A DNA stretch of 64,000 nt from Eledone cirrhosa. Lineage: Eukaryota. Location of the stretch: contig OZ024744.1 of NCBI GenBank assembly GCA_964016885.1, positions 122,388,001 through 122,452,000 on the forward strand. Reading direction: 5' to 3'. This document shows positions 1 through 17,400 of this stretch, piece by piece; positions within the stretch are counted from its first letter, which is position 1, and each line of letters begins with the position of its first letter. The notes under the pieces were generated by a model. That model made no database searches. It worked only from the letters and a program-made list of their open reading frames with translations, and was not told where the DNA came from. The translations under genes and the position numbers were made by a program.

Positions 1-3000
1 CACATTCCCACAACCATTCCACTTGAAACAAGTCTTCACAATCACATTCCCAGAACGAATCAACTTGAGACAAGTCTTTACAATCACATTCCCACAACCA
101 ATCCACTTGAAGCAAGTCTTCACAATCACATTCCCACCACCAATCCACTTGAAACAAGTCTTTACAACCACATTCCCACAACGAATTCACATGAACCAAG
201 TCTTCAAAATCACATTCCAACAACCAATCCACTTGAAACAAGTCTTCACAATCACATTCCCACAACCAACCCACCTGAGAAAGTCTTCACAATCACATTC
301 CCACAACGAATCAACCCACTTGAAACAAGTCTTCTCAATCACATTCCCACAACCAACCCACATGAAACAAGTCTTCACAATCAACACACTTGAAACAAGT
401 CTTCACAATCACATTCCCACAATCAATCCACTTGAAGCAAGTCTTCAGAATCACATTCCCACAACCAATCCACTTGAAACAAGTCGACACAATCACATTC
501 CCACAACCAATCCACTTGAGACAAGTCTTCACAATCACATTCCCACAACCAATCTACTTGAAACAAGTCTTCACAATCACATTCCCACAACCAATCAACC
601 CACTTGAAACAAGTCTTCACAATCACATTCCCACAACCAATCTATTTGAAACAAGTCTTCACGATCACATTCCCACAATCAATCAATCAATCCACTTGAA
701 CCAAGTCTTCACAATCACATCCCACAACCAACCCACTTGAAACAAGTCTTCTCAATCACATTCCTACAACCAACCCACATGAAACAAGTCTTCACAATCA
801 CATTCCCACAATCAATCCACTTGAAACAAGTCTTCAGAATCACATTCCCACAACCAGTCCACTTGAAAGAAGTCTTCACAATCACATTCCCACAAACAAT
901 CTACTTGAGACATGTCTTCACAATCACATTCCCACAACCAATCTACTTGACACAAGTCTTCACAATCACATCCCAAACCAACCCACTTGAGACAAGTCTA
1001 CACAATCACATTCCCACAACCAATCCGCTTGAAACAAGTCTTCACAATCACATTCCCACAACCAATCCACTTGAGACAAGTCTTCACAATCACATTCCCA
1101 CAACGAAAGAAGTCTTCACAATCACATTCCCACAACCAATCCACCTGAAACAAGTTTTCACAAACACATTCCCACAACCAATCTACTTGAAACAAGTCTT
1201 CACAATCACATTCTCACAACCAATCCACTTGAAACAAGTCTTCACAATCACGTTCCCAGAACCAATCAACTTGAGACAAGTCTTCACAATCACATCCCAC
1301 AACCTACCCACTTGAGATAAGTCTTCACAATCACATTCCCACAACCAATCTACTTGAAACAAGTCTTCACAATCACATTCCCGCAACAAATCAACCCACT
1401 TGAAACAAGTCTTCACAATCACATTCCCGCAACCAATCCACTTGAAACAAGTCTTCACAATCACATTCCCAGAACGAATCAACTTGAGACAAGTCTTTAC
1501 AATCACATTCCTACAACCAATCCACTTGAGACAAGTCTTTACAATCACATTCCCACAACCAATCCACTTGAAACAAGTCTTCACAATCACATTCCCAAAA
1601 CCAACCAATCCACTTGAAACAAGTCTTCACAATCACATTTCCACAACGAACCAATCCACTTGAAACAAGTCTTCACGATCACATTCCAACAACCAATCCA
1701 CTTGAACCAAGTCTTCACAATCACATTCCCACAACCAATCCACTTGAAACAAGTCTTCACAATCACATTTCCACAATCAATCTACTTGGGACAAGTCTTC
1801 ACAATCACATTCCCACAACCAATCTACTTGAGACAAGTCTTAACAATCACATTCCCACAACGAATCCACATGAACCAAGTCTTCACAATCACATTCCCAC
1901 AACCAATCCACTTGAAACAAGTCTTCACAATCACATTCCCACAACCAACCAATCCACATGAAACAAGTCTTCACAATCACATCCCCACAACCAATCCACT
2001 TGAGACAAGTCTTCACAATCACATTCAAACAACCAATCCACTTGAAACAAGTCTTCACAATCACATTCCCACAACCAATCCACTTGAGAGAAGTCTTCAC
2101 AATCAATCCACTTGAAACAAGTCTTCACAATCACATTCCCACAACCAACCAATCCACTTGAAACAAGTCTTCACGATCACATCCCCACAACCAATCCACT
2201 TGAGACAAGTCTTCACAATCACATTCAAACAACCAATCCACTTGAAACAAGTCTTCACAATCACATTCACACAACCAATCCACTTGAGACAAGTCTTCAC
2301 AATCAAATTCCCACAACCAATCTACTTGAAACAAGTCTTCACAATCACAATACCACAACCAATCCACTTGAAACAAGTCTTCACAATCACATTCCCACAA
2401 CGAATCAACCCACTTGAAACAAGTCTTCACAATCACATTCCCACAAGCAATCTATTTGAAACAAGTCTTCACAATCACATTCCCACAAACAATCAATCCA
2501 CTTGAACCAAGTCTTCACAATCACATCCCACAACCAACCCACTTGAAACAAGTCTTCTCAATCACATTCCCACAACCAACCGACATGAAACAAGTCTTCA
2601 CAATCAACCCACTTGAAACAAGTCTTCACAATTACATTCCCACAAACAATCTACTTGAAACAAGTCTTCAGAATCACATTCCCACAACCAGTCCACTTGA
2701 AACAAGTCTTCACAATCACATTTCCACAACCAATCTACTTGAGACAAGTCTTCACAATCACATTCCCACAAACAATCTACTTGAAACAAGTCTTCAGAAT
2801 CACATTCCCACAACCAATCCACTTGAAACAGTCTTCACAATCACATTCCCACAACGAATCCACATGAACCAAGTCTTTGCAATCACATTCCAACAACCAA
2901 TCCACTTGAAACAGGTCTTCACAATCATATTCCCACAACCAATCCACTTGAAACAAGTCTTCACAATCACATTCCCACAACCAACCAATCCACTTGAAAC

Positions 3001-5819
3001 AAGTCTTCACAATCACATTCCCACAACCAATCCACTTGAAACAAGTCTTCACAATCACATTCCCAAAACCAATCTACTTGAGAAAAGTCTTCACAATCAC
3101 ATTCAAACAACCAATCCACTTGAAACAAGTCTTCACAATCACATTCCCACAACCAATCCACTTGGGACTAGTCTTCACAATCACATTCCCACAACCAATC
3201 TACTTGAAACAAGTCTTCACAATCACATTCCCACAACCAATCAACCCACTTGAAACAAGTCTTCACAATCACATTCCCACAACCAATCTATTTGAAACAA
3301 GTCTTCACAATCACATTCCCACAACCAATCAATCCACTTGAACCAAGTCTTCACAATCACATCCCACAACCAACCCACTTGAGACAAGTCTTCACGATCA
3401 GATTCCCACAACCAATCAACCCACTTGAAACAAGTCTTCACAATCACATTCCCACAACCAACCCACTTGAAACAAATCTTCTCAATCACATTCCCACAAC
3501 CAACCAACATGAAACAAGTCTTCACAATCAACCCACTTGAAACAAGTCTTCACAATCACATTCCCACAACGAACCAATCCACTTGAAACAAGTCTTCACA
3601 ATTACATTCCTACAACCAACCAACCCACTTGAAACAAGTCTTCTCAATCACATTCCCACAACCAACCAACCTGAAACAAGTCTTCACAATCAACCCACTT
3701 GAAACAAGTCTTCACAACCATATTCAAACAACCAATACACTTGAACCAAGTCTTCATAATCACATTCCCACAACGAATTCACATGAACCAAGTCTTCAAA
3801 ATCACATTCCAACAACCAACCCACTTGAAACAAGTCTTCACAATCACATTCCGACAACCAATCCACTTGAAACATGTCGTCACAATCACATTCCCACAAC
3901 CAATCCACTTGAAAAAAGTCTTCACAATCACATTCCCAGAACGAATCAACTTGAGACAAGTCTTTACAATCACATTCCCACAACCAATCCACTTGAAGCA
4001 AGTCTTCACAATCACATTCCCACAACCAATCCACTTGAAACAAGTCTTTACAACCACATTCCCACAACGAATTCACATGAACCAAGTCTTCAAAATCACA
4101 TTCCAACAACCAATCCACTTGAAACAAGTCTTCACAATCACATTCCCACAACCAACCCACCTGAGACAAGTCTTCACAATCACATTCCCACAACGAATCA
4201 ACCCACTTGAAACAAGTCTTCTCAATCACATTCCCACAACCAACCCACATGAAACAAATCTTCACAATCAACACACTTGAAACAAGTCTTCACAATCACA
4301 TTCCCACAATCAATCCACTTGAAGCAAGTCTTCAGAATCACATTCCCACAACCAATCCACTTGAAACAAGTCTTCACAATCACATTCAAACAACCATTCC
4401 ACTTGAAACAAGTCGTCACAATCACATTCCCACAACCAATCTACTTGAGACAAGTCTTCACAATCACATTCCCACAACCTACCTACTTGAAACAGGTCTT
4501 CACAATCACATTCCCACAACCAATCCACTTGAAACAAGTCTTTACAACCACATTCCCCAAACCAACCAATCCACTTGAAACAAGTCTTCACAATCACATA
4601 ACGAATCCACATGAACCAAGTCTTCACAATCACATTCCCACAACCAATCCACTTGAAACAATTCTTCACAATCACATTCCCACAACCAATCCACTTGAAA
4701 CAAGTCTTCAAAATCACATTCCCACAACCAACCAATCCACTTGAAACAAGTCTTCACAATCACATCCCCACAACCAATCCACTTGAGACAAGTCTTCACA
4801 ATCACATTCAAACAAGTCTTCACAATCACATTCCCAAACCAATCCACTTGAGACAAGTCTTCACAATCAAATTCCCACAACCAATCCACTTGAAACAAGT
4901 CTTCACAATCGCATTCCCACAACCAACCAATCCACTTGAAACAAGTCTTCACAATCACATCCCCACAACCAATCCACTTGAGACAAGTCTTCACAATCAC
5001 ATTCAAACAACCAATCCACTTGAAACAAGTCTTCACAATCACATTCCCACAACCAATCCACTTGAGACAAGTCTTCACAATCAAATTCCCACAACCAATC
5101 TACTTGAAACAAGTCTTCACAATCACAACACCACAACCAATCCACTTGAAACAAGTCTTCACAATCACATTCCCACAACCAAGCTACTTGAAACAAGTCT
5201 TCACAATCACATTCCCACAACCAATCAACCCACTTGAAAAAGTCACCACAATCACATTCCCACAACCAATCTACTTGAAACAAGTCTTCACAATCACATT
5301 CCAACAACCAATCAATCCACTTGAACCAAGTCTTCACAATCACATCCCACAACTAACCCACTTGAAACAAGTCTTCACAATCACATTCCCACAACAAATT
5401 CACTTGAAACAAGTCTTCACAATCACATTCCCACAACCAACCCACATGAAACAAGTCTTCACGATCACATTCCCACAACCAATCTACTTGAGACAAGTCT
5501 TCACAATCACATTCCCACAACCAACCCACTTGAAACAAGTCTTCACAATCACATTCCCACAATCAATCCACTTGAAACAAGTCTTCACAATCACATTCCC
5601 ACAACCAATCCACTTGAAACAGTCTTCACAATCACATTCCCACAACGAATCCACATGAACCAAGTCTTTGCAATCACATTCCAACAACCAATCCACTTGA
5701 AACAGGTCTTCACAATCATATTCCCACAACCAATCCACTTGAAACAAGTCTTCACAATCACATTCCCACAACCAACCAATCCACTTGAAACAAGTCTTCA
5801 CAATCACATTCCCACAACC

Positions 5820-8800
5820 AATCCACTTGAAACAAGTCTTCACAATCACATTCCCAAAACCAATCTACTTGAGAAAAGTCTTCACAATCACATTCAAACA
5901 ACCAATCCACTTGAAACAAGTCTTCACAATCACATTCCCACAACCAATCCACTTGAGACAAGTCTTCACAATCACATTCCCACAACCAATCTACTTGAAA
6001 CAAGTCTTCACAATCACATTCCCACAACCAATCAACCCACTTGAAACAAGTCTTCACAATCACATTCCCACAACCAATCTATTTGAAAAAAGTCTTCACA
6101 ATCACATTCCCACAACCAATCAATCCACATGAACCAAGTCTTCACAATCACATCCCACAACCAACCCACTTGAGACAAGTCTTCACGATCACATTCCCAC
6201 AACCAATCAACCCACTTGAAACAAGTCTTCACAATCACATTCCCACAACCAACCCACTTGAAACAAATCTTCTCAATCACATTCCCACAACCAACCAACA
6301 TGAAACAAGTCTTCACAATCAACCCACTTGAAACAAGTCTTCACAATCACATTCCCACAACGAACCAATCCACTTGAAACAAGTCTTCACAATTACATTC
6401 CTACAACCAACCAACCCACTTGAAACAAGTCTTCTCAATCACATTCCCACAACCAACCAACCTGAAACAAGTCTTCACAATCAACCCACTTGAAACAAGT
6501 CTTCACAACCATATTCAAACAACCAATACACTTGAACCAAGTCTTCACAATCACATTCCCACAACGAATTCACATGAACCAAGTCTTCAAAATCACATTC
6601 CAACAACCAACCCACTTGAAACAAGTCTTCACAATCACATTCCGACAACCAATCCACTTGAAACATGTCGTCACAATCACATTCCCACAACGAATCAACC
6701 CACTTGAAACAAGTCTTCTCAATCACATTCCCACAACCAACCCACATGAAACAAGTCTTCACAATCAACACACTTGAAACAAGTCTTCACAATCACATTC
6801 CCACAATCAATCCACTTGAAGCAAGTCTTCAGAATCACATTCCCACAACCAATCCACTTGAAACAAGTCTTCACAATCACATTCCCAGAACGAATCAACT
6901 TGAGACAAGTCTTTACAATCACATTCCCACAACCAATCCACTTGAAGCAAGTCTTCACAATCACATTCCCACCACCAATCCACTTGAAACAAGTCTTTAC
7001 AACCACATTCCCACAACGAATTCACATGAACCAAGTCTTCAAAATCACATTCCAACAACCAATCCACTTGAAACAAGTCTTCACAATCACATTCCCACAA
7101 CCAACCCACCTGAGAAAGTCTTCACAATCACATTCCCACAATCAATCCACTTGAAGCAAGTCTTCAGAATCACATTCCCACAACCAATCCACTTGAAACA
7201 AGTCTTCACAATCACATTCAAACAACCATTCCACTTGAAACAAGTCGACACAATCACATTCCCACAACCAATCCACTTGAGACAAGTCTTCAAATCACAT
7301 TACCACAACCAATCTACTTGAAACAAGTCTTCACAATCACATTCCCACAACCAATCCACTTGAGACAAGTCTTCACAATCACATTCACACAACCAATCTA
7401 CTTGAAACAAGTCTTCACAATCACATTCCCACAACCAATCAACCCACTTGAAACAAGTCTTCACAATCACATTCCCACAACCAATCTATTTGAAACAAGT
7501 CTTCACGATCACATTCCCACAATCAATCAATCAATCCACTTGAACCAAGTCTTCACAATCACATCCCACAACCAACCCACTTGAAACAAGTCTTCTCAAT
7601 CACATTCCTACAACCAACCCACATGAAACAAGTCTTCACAATCACATTCCCACAATCAATCCACTTGAAACAAGTCTTCACAATCACATTCCCAAAACCA
7701 ATCTACTTGAGAAAAGTCTTCACAATCACATTCAAACAACCAATCCACTTGAAACAAGTCTTCACAATCACATTCCCACAACCAATCCACTTGAGACAAG
7801 TCTTCACAATCACATTCCCACAACCAATCTACTTGAAACAAGTCTTCACAATCACATTCCCACAACCAATCAACCCACTTGAAACAAGTCTTCACAATCA
7901 CATTCCCACAACCAATCTATTTGAAAAAAGTCTTCACAATCACATTCCCACAACCAATCAATCCACATGAACCAAGTCTTCACAATCACATCCCACAACC
8001 AACCCACTTGAGACAAGTCTTCACGATCACATTCCCACAACCAATCAACCCACTTGAAACAAGTCTTCACAATCACATTCCCACAACCAACCCACTTGAA
8101 ACAAATCTTCTCAATCACATTCCCACAACCAACCAACATGAAACAAGTCTTCACAATCAACCCACTTGAAACAAGTCTTCACAATCACATTCCCACAACG
8201 AACCAATCCACTTGAAACAAGTCTTCACAATTACATTCCTACAACCAACCAACCCACTTGAAACAAGTCTTCTCAATCACATTCCCACAACCAACCAACC
8301 TGAAACAAGTCTTCACAATCAACCCACTTGAAACAAGTCTTCACAACCATATTCAAACAACCAATACACTTGAACCAAGTCTTCACAATCACATTCCCAC
8401 AACGAATTCACATGAACCAAGTCTTCAAAATCACATTCCAACAACCAACCCACTTGAAACAAGTCTTCACAATCACATTCCGACAACCAATCCACTTGAA
8501 ACATGTCGTCACAATCACATTCCCACAACGAATCAACCCACTTGAAACAAGTCTTCTCAATCACATTCCCACAACCAACCCACATGAAACAAGTCTTCAC
8601 AATCAACACACTTGAAACAAGTCTTCACAATCACATTCCCACAATCAATCCACTTGAAGCAAGTCTTCAGAATCACATTCCCACAACCAATCCACTTGAA
8701 ACAAGTCTTCACAATCACATTCCCAGAACGAATCAACTTGAGACAAGTCTTTACAATCACATTCCCACAACCAATCCACTTGAAGCAAGTCTTCACAATC

Positions 8801-9518
8801 ACATTCCCACCACCAATCCACTTGAAACAAGTCTTTACAACCACATTCCCACAACGAATTCACATGAACCAAGTCTTCAAAATCACATTCCAACAACCAA
8901 TCCACTTGAAACAAGTCTTCACAATCACATTCCCACAACCAACCCACCTGAGAAAGTCTTCACAATCACATTCCCACAATCAATCCACTTGAAGCAAGTC
9001 TTCAGAATCACATTCCCACAACCAATCCACTTGAAACAAGTCTTCACAATCACATTCAAACAACCATTCCACTTGAAACAAGTCGACACAATCACATTCC
9101 CACAACCAATCCACTTGAGACAAGTCTTCAAATCACATTACCACAACCAATCTACTTGAAACAAGTCTTCACAATCACATTCCCACAACCAATCCACTTG
9201 AGACAAGTCTTCACAATCACATTCACACAACCAATCTACTTGAAACAAGTCTTCACAATCACATTCCCACAACCAATCAACCCACTTGAAACAAGTCTTC
9301 ACAATCACATTCCCACAACCAATCTATTTGAAACAAGTCTTCACGATCACATTCCCACAATCAATCAATCAATCCACTTGAACCAAGTCTTCACAATCAC
9401 ATCCCACAACCAACCCACTTGAAACAAGTCTTCTCAATCACATTCCTACAACCAACCCACATGAAACAAGTCTTCACAATCACATTCCCACAATCAATCC
9501 ACTTGAAACAAGTCTTCA
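5820..9518. repeat. 1,838-bp tandem higher-order duplication inside the 42-bp satellite
   Basis: The marker CCCAAAACCAATCTACTTGAGAAAAG is at 5853 and 7691. ORF-track entries recur with identical translations at +1838 (6032/7870, 6665/8503, 7318/9156). Boundaries are approximate. Confidence 0.92.
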
Positions 9519-11496
9519 GAATCACATTCCCACAACCAGTCCACTTGAAACAAGTCTTCACAATCACATTCCCACAAACAATCTACTTGAGACATGTCTT
9601 CACAATCACATTCCCACAACCAATCTACTTGACACAAGTCTTCACAATCACATCCCAAACCAACCCACTTGAGACAAGTCTTCACAATCATATTCCCACA
9701 ACCAATCCGCTTGAAACAAGTCTTCACAATCAGATTCCCACAACCAATCCACTTGAGACAAGTCTTCACGATCACATTCCCACAACGAAAGAAGTCTTCA
9801 CAATCACATTCCCACAACCAATCCACCTGAAACAAGTTTTCACAAACACATTCCCACAACCAATCTACTTGAAACAAGTCTTCACAATCACATTCTCACA
9901 ACCAATCCACTTGAAACAAGTCTTCACAATCACGTTCCCAGAACCAATCAACTTGAGACATGTCTTCACAATCACATCCCACAACCTACCCACTTGAGAT
10001 AAGTCTTCACGATCACATTCCCACAACCAATCTACTTGAAACAAGTCTTCACAATCACATTCCCAGAACGAATCAACTTGAGACAAGTCTTTACAATCAC
10101 ATTCCTACAACCAATCCACTTGAGACAAGTCTTTACAATCACATTCCCACAACCAATCCACTTGAAAGAAGTCTTCACAATCACATTCCCAAAACCAACC
10201 AATCCACTTGAAACAAGTCTTCACAATCACATTTCCACAACGAACCAATCCACTTGAAACAAGTCTTCACGATCACATTCCAACAACCAATCCACTTGAA
10301 CCAAGTCTTCACAATCACATTCCCACAACCAATCCACTTGAAACAAGTCTTCACAATCACATTTCCACAATCAATCTACTTGGGGCAAGTCTTCACAATC
10401 ACATTCCCACAACCAATCTACTTGAGACAAGTCTTAACAATCACATTCCCACAACGAATCCACATGAACCAAGTCTTCACAATCACATTCCCACAACCAA
10501 TCCACTTGAAAAAATTCTTCACAATCACATTCCCACAACCAATCCACTTGAAACAAGTCTTCACAATCACATTCCCACAACCAACCAATCCACATGAAAC
10601 AAGTCTTCACAATCACACCCCACAACCAATCCACTTGAGACAAGTCTTCACAATCACATTCAAACAACCAATCCACTTGAAACAAGTCTTCAAATCACAT
10701 TCCCACAACCAATCCACTTGAGAGAAGTCTTCACAATCAATCCACTTGAAACAAGTCTTCACAATCACATTCCCACAACCAACCAATCCACTTAAAACAA
10801 GTCTCCACGATCACATCCCCACAACCAATCCACTTGAGACAAGTCTTCACAATCACATTCAAACAACCAATCCACTTGAAACAAGTCTTCACAATCACAT
10901 TCACACAACCAATCCACTTGAGACAAGTCTTCACAATCAAATTCCCACAACCAATCTACTTGAAACAAGTCTTCACAATCACAATACCACAACCAATCCA
11001 CTTGAAACAAGTCTTCACAATTACATTCCCACAACGAATCAACCCACTTGAAACAAGTCTTCACAATCACATTCCCACAAGCAATCTATTTGAAACAAGT
11101 CTTCACAATCACATTCCCACAAACAATCAATCCACTTGAACCAAGTCTTCACAATCACATCCCACAACCAACCCACTTGAAACAAGTCTTCTCAATCACA
11201 TTCCCACAACCAACCGACATGAAACAAGTCTTCACAATCAACCCACTTGAAACAAGTCTTCACAATCACATTCCCACAAACAATCTACTTGAAACAAGTC
11301 TTCAGAATCACATTCCCACAACCAGTCCACTTGAAACAAGTCTTCACAATCACATTTCCACAACCAATCTACTTGAGACAAGTCTTCACAATCACATTCC
11401 CACAACCAATCCACTTGAAACAAGTCTTCACAATCACATTCCCACAACCAATCCGCTTGAAACAAGTCTTCACAATCACATTCCCACAACCAACCC

Positions 11497-14400
11497 ACTT
11501 GAAACAAGTCTTCACAATCACATCACCACAACCAATCCACTTGAAACAAGTCTTCACAATCACATTCCCACAACCAATCTACTTGAGACAAGTCTTCACA
11601 ATCACATTCCCACAACCAACCCACTTGAAACAAGTCTTCACAATCACATTCCCACAACCAACCCACTTGAAAGAAGTCTTCACAATCACATTCCCACAAC
11701 GAAAGAAGTCTTCACAATCACATTCCCACAACCAATTCACCTGAAACAAGTCTTCACAAACACATTGCCACAACCAATCTACTTGAAACAAGTCTTCACA
11801 ATCACATTCCCACAACCAATCCACTTGAGACAAGTCTTCACAATCACGTTCCCAGAACCAATCAACTGGAGACAAGTCTTCACAATCACATCCCACATAC
11901 AACCCACTTGAGACAAGTCTTCACAATCACATTCCAACAACCAATCAATCCACTTGAACCAACCCACTTGAAACAAGTCTTCACAATCACATTCCCACAA
12001 CCAATTCACTTTAAACAAGTCTTCACAATCACATTCCCACAACCAACCCACATGAAACAAGTCTTCACGATCACATTCGCACAATCAATCCACTTGAAAC
12101 AAGTCTTCACAATCACATTCCCACAACCAACGAATCCACTTGAAACAAGTCTTCACAATTACATTCCCATAACCAATCTACTTGAAACAAGTCTTCACAA
12201 TCGCATTCCCAAACCAATCAATCCACTTGAACCAAGTCTTCACAATCACATTTCCACAACCAACCCACACGAGACAAGTCTTCACAATCACATTCCCACA
12301 AACAATCCACTTGAAACAAGTCTTCACAATCACATTCCCAGAATGAATCAACTTGAGACAAGTCTTTACAATCACATTCCGACAACCAATCCACTTGAAG
12401 CAAGTCTTCACAATCACATTCCCACAACCAATCCACTTGAGACAAGTCTTCACAATCACATTCCCACAACCAATCAACCCACTTGAAACAAGTCTTCACA
12501 ATCACATTCCCACAACCAATCAATCCACTTGAACCAAGTCTTCACAATCACATCCCACATCCAACCCACTTGAGACAAGTCTTCACAATCACATTCCCAC
12601 AACCAATCTACTTGAAACAAGTTTTCACAATCACATTCCAACAACCAATCAATCCACTTGAACCAAGTCTTCACAATCACATCACACAACCAACCCACTT
12701 GAAACAAGTCTTCACAATCACATTCCCACAACCAACTCACTTTAAACAAGTCTTCACAATCACATTCCCACAACCAACCCACATGAAACAAGTCTTCACG
12801 ATCACATTCGCACAATCAATCCACTTGAAACAAGTCTTCACAATCACATTCCCACAACCAATCCACTAGAGACAAGCCTTCACAATCACATTCCCACAAC
12901 CAATCTACTTGAGACAGTCTTCACAATCACATTCCCACAACCAACGAATCCACTTGAAACAAGTCTTCACAATCACATTCCCACAACCAATCAACCCACT
13001 TGAAACAAGTCTTCACGATCACATTCCCACAAACAATCAATCCACTTGAACAAAGTCTTCACAATCACATCCCACATCCAACCCACTTGAGACAAGTCTT
13101 CACAATCGCATTCCCAAACCAATCAATCCAATTGAACAAAGTCTTCACGATCACATTCCCACAATCAATCCACTTGTACAAGTCTTCACAATCACATTCC
13201 CACAACCAACCAATCCACTTGAAACAAGTCTTCACAATCACATTCCCACAACCAATCCACTTGAAACAAGTCTTCACAATCACATTCAAACAACCAATCC
13301 ACATGAAACAAGTCTTCACAATCACATTCCCACAACCAATCCACTTGAAACAAGTCTTCACAATCTCATTCCCACAACCAACCAATCCACTTGAAACAAG
13401 TCTTCACAATCACATTCCCACAACCAATCCACTTGAAACAAGTCTTCACAATCACATTCCCACAACCAATCTACTTGAGACAAGTCTTCACAATCACATT
13501 CAAACAACCAATCCACTTGAAACAAGTCTTCACAATCACATTCCCACAACCAATCCACTTGAGACAAGTCTTCAAATCACATTCCCACAACCAATCTACT
13601 TGAAACAAGTCTTCACAATCACATTCCCACAACCAATCCACTTGAGACAAGCCTTCACAATCACATTCCCACAACCAATCTATTTGAAACAAGTCTTCAC
13701 AATAACATCCCACAACCAACCCACTTGAGACAAGACTTCACAATCACATTCCCACAACCAACCCACATGAAACAAGTCTTCACAATTAACCCACTTGAAA
13801 CAAGTCTTCACAATCACATTACCACAATCAATCCACTTGAAACAAGTTTTCATAATCACATTCCCACAACCAATCCACTTGAAACAAGTCTTCACAATCA
13901 CATTCCCACAACCAATCTACTTGGGGCAAGTCTTCACAATCACATTCCCACAACCAATTTACTTGAGACAAGTCTTCACAATCACATTCCCACAATCAAT
14001 CTACTTGAAACAAGTCGTCACAATCACATTTCCACAACCAATCTACTTGAAACAAGTCTTCACAATCACATTTCCAAAACCAATCCACTTGAAACAAGTC
14101 TTCACAATCACATTCCCACAACCAATCTACTTGGGGCAAGTCTTCACAATCACATTCCCACAACCAATTTACTTGAGACAAGTCTTCACAATCACATTCC
14201 CACAATCAATCTACTTGAAACAAGTCGTCACAATCACATTTCCACAACCAATCTACTTGAAACAAGTCTTCACAATCACATTTCCAAAACCAATCCACTT
14301 GAAACAAGTCTTCACAATCACATTCCCACAACGAATCCACATGAACCAAGTCTTCACAATCACATTCTAACAACCAATCCACTTGAAACAAGTCTTCACA

Positions 14401-17400
14401 ATCACATTCCCACAACCAACCAATCCACTTGAAACAAGTCTTCACAATCAAATTCCCACAACCAATCCCCCTGAGACAAGTCTTCACAATCACATTCACA
14501 CAGCCAATCTACTTGAAACAAGTCTTCACAATCACATTACCACAACCAATCCACTTGAAACGAGTCTTCACAATCACATTCCCACAACCAATCTACTTGA
14601 AACAAGTCGTCACAATCACATTCCAACAACCAATCCACTTGAAACAAGTCTTCACAATCACAACCAATCCACTTGAAACAAGTCTTCACAATCACACAAC
14701 CAACCAATCCACTTGAAACAAGTCTTCACAATCACATTCCCACAACCAATCCACTTGAAACAAGTCTTCACAATCACATTCCCAGAAGCAATCCGCTTGA
14801 AACAAGTCTTCACAATCACATTCCCACAACCAACCAAACAGCTTGAAACAAGTCTTCACAATCACATCACCACAACCAATCCACTTGAAACAAGTCTTCA
14901 CAATCACATTCCCACAACCAATCTACTTGAGACAAGTCTTCACAATCACATTCCCACAACCAACCCACTTGAAACAAGTCTTCACAATCACATTCCCACA
15001 ACCAACCCACTTGAAAGAAGTCTTCACAATCACATTCCCACAACGAAAGAAGTCTTCACAATCACATTCCCACAACCAATTCACCTGAAACAAGTCTTCA
15101 CAAACACATTGCCACAACCAATCTACTTGAAACAAGTCTTCACAATCACATTCCCACAACCAATCCACTTGAGACAAGTCTTCACAATCACGTTCCCAGA
15201 ACCAATCAACTGGAGACAAGTCTTCACAATCACATCCCACATACAACCCACTTGAGACAAGTCTTCACAATCACATTCCAACAACCAATCAATCCACTTG
15301 AACCAACCCACTTGAAACAAGTCTTCACAATCACATTCCCACAACCAATTCACTTTAAACAAGTCTTCACAATCACATTCCCACAACCAACCCACATGAA
15401 ACAAGTCTTCACGATCACATTCGCACAATCAATCCACTTGAAACAAGTCTTCACAATCACATTCCCACAACCAACGAATCCACTTGAAACAAGTCTTCAC
15501 AATTACATTCCCATAACCAATCTACTTGAAACAAGTCTTCACAATCGCATTCCCAAACCAATCAATCCACTTGAACCAAGTCTTCACAATCACATTTCCA
15601 CAACCAACCCACACGAGACAAGTCTTCACAATCACATTCCCACAAACAATCCACTTGAAACAAGTCTTCACAATCACATTCCCAGAATGAATCAACTTGA
15701 GACAAGTCTTTACAATCACATTCCGACAACCAATCCACTTGAAGCAAGTCTTCACAATCACATTCCCACAACCAATCCACTTGAGACAAGTCTTCACAAT
15801 CACATTCCCACAACCCACTTGAAACAAGTCTTCACAATCACATTCCCACAACCAATCAATCCACTTGAACCAAGTCTTCACAATCACATCCCACATCCAA
15901 CCCACTTGAGACAAGTCTTCACAATCACATTCCCACAACCAATCTACTTGAAACAAGTTTTCACAATCACATTCCAACAACCAATCAATCCACTTGAACC
16001 AAGTCTTCACAATCACATCACACAACCAACCCACTTGAAACAAGTCTTCACAATCACATTCCCACAACCAACTCACTTTAAACAAGTCTTCACAATCACA
16101 TTCCCACAACCAACCCACATGAAACAAGTCTTCACGATCACATTCGCACAATCAATCCACTTGAAACAAGTCTTCACAATCACATTCCCACAACCAATCC
16201 ACTAGAGACAAGCCTTCACAATCACATTCCCACAACCAATCTACTTGAGACAGTCTTCACAATCACATTCCCACAACCAACGAATCCACTTGAAACAAGT
16301 CTTCACAATCACATTCCCACAACCAATCAACCCACTTGAAACAAGTCTTCACGATCACATTCCCACAAACAATCAATCCACTTGAACAAAGTCTTCACAA
16401 TCACATCCCACATCCAACCCACTTGAGACAAGTCTTCACAATCGCATTCCCAAACCAATCAATCCAATTGAACAAAGTCTTCACGATCACATTCCCACAA
16501 TCAATCCACTTGTACAAGTCTTCACAATCACATTCCCACAACCAACCAATCCACTTGAAACAAGTCTTCACAATCACATTCCCACAACCAATCCACTTGA
16601 AACAAGTCTTCACAATCACATTCAAACAACCAATCCACATGAAACAAGTCTTCACAATCACATTCCCACAACCAATCCACTTGAAACAAGTCTTCACAAT
16701 CTCATTCCCACAACCAACCAATCCACTTGAAACAAGTCTTCACAATCACATTTCCACAACCAATCCACTTGAAACAAGTCTTCACAATCACATTCCCACA
16801 ACCAATCTACTTGAGACAAGTCTTCACAATCACATTCAAACAACCAATCCACTTGAAACAAGTCTTCACAATCACATTCCCACAACCAATCCACTTGAGA
16901 CAAGTCTTCAAATCACATTCCCACAACCAATCTACTTGAAACAAGTCTTCACAATCACATTCCCACAACCAATCCACTTGAGACAAGCCTTCACAATCAC
17001 ATTCCCACAACCAATCTATTTGAAACAAGTCTTCACAATAACATCCCACAACCAACCCACTTGAGACAAGACTTCACAATCACATTCCCACAACCAACCC
17101 ACATGAAACAAGTCTTCACAATTAACCCACTTGAAACAAGTCTTCACAATCACATTACCACAATCAATCCACTTGAAACAAGTTTTCATAATCACATTCC
17201 CACAACCAATCCACTTGAAACAAGTCTTCACAATCACATTCCCACAACCAATCTACTTGGGGCAAGTCTTCACAATCACATTCCCACAACCAATTTACTT
17301 GAGACAAGTCTTCACAATCACATTCCCACAATCAATCTACTTGAAACAAGTCGTCACAATCACATTTCCACAACCAATCTACTTGAAACAAGTCTTCACA

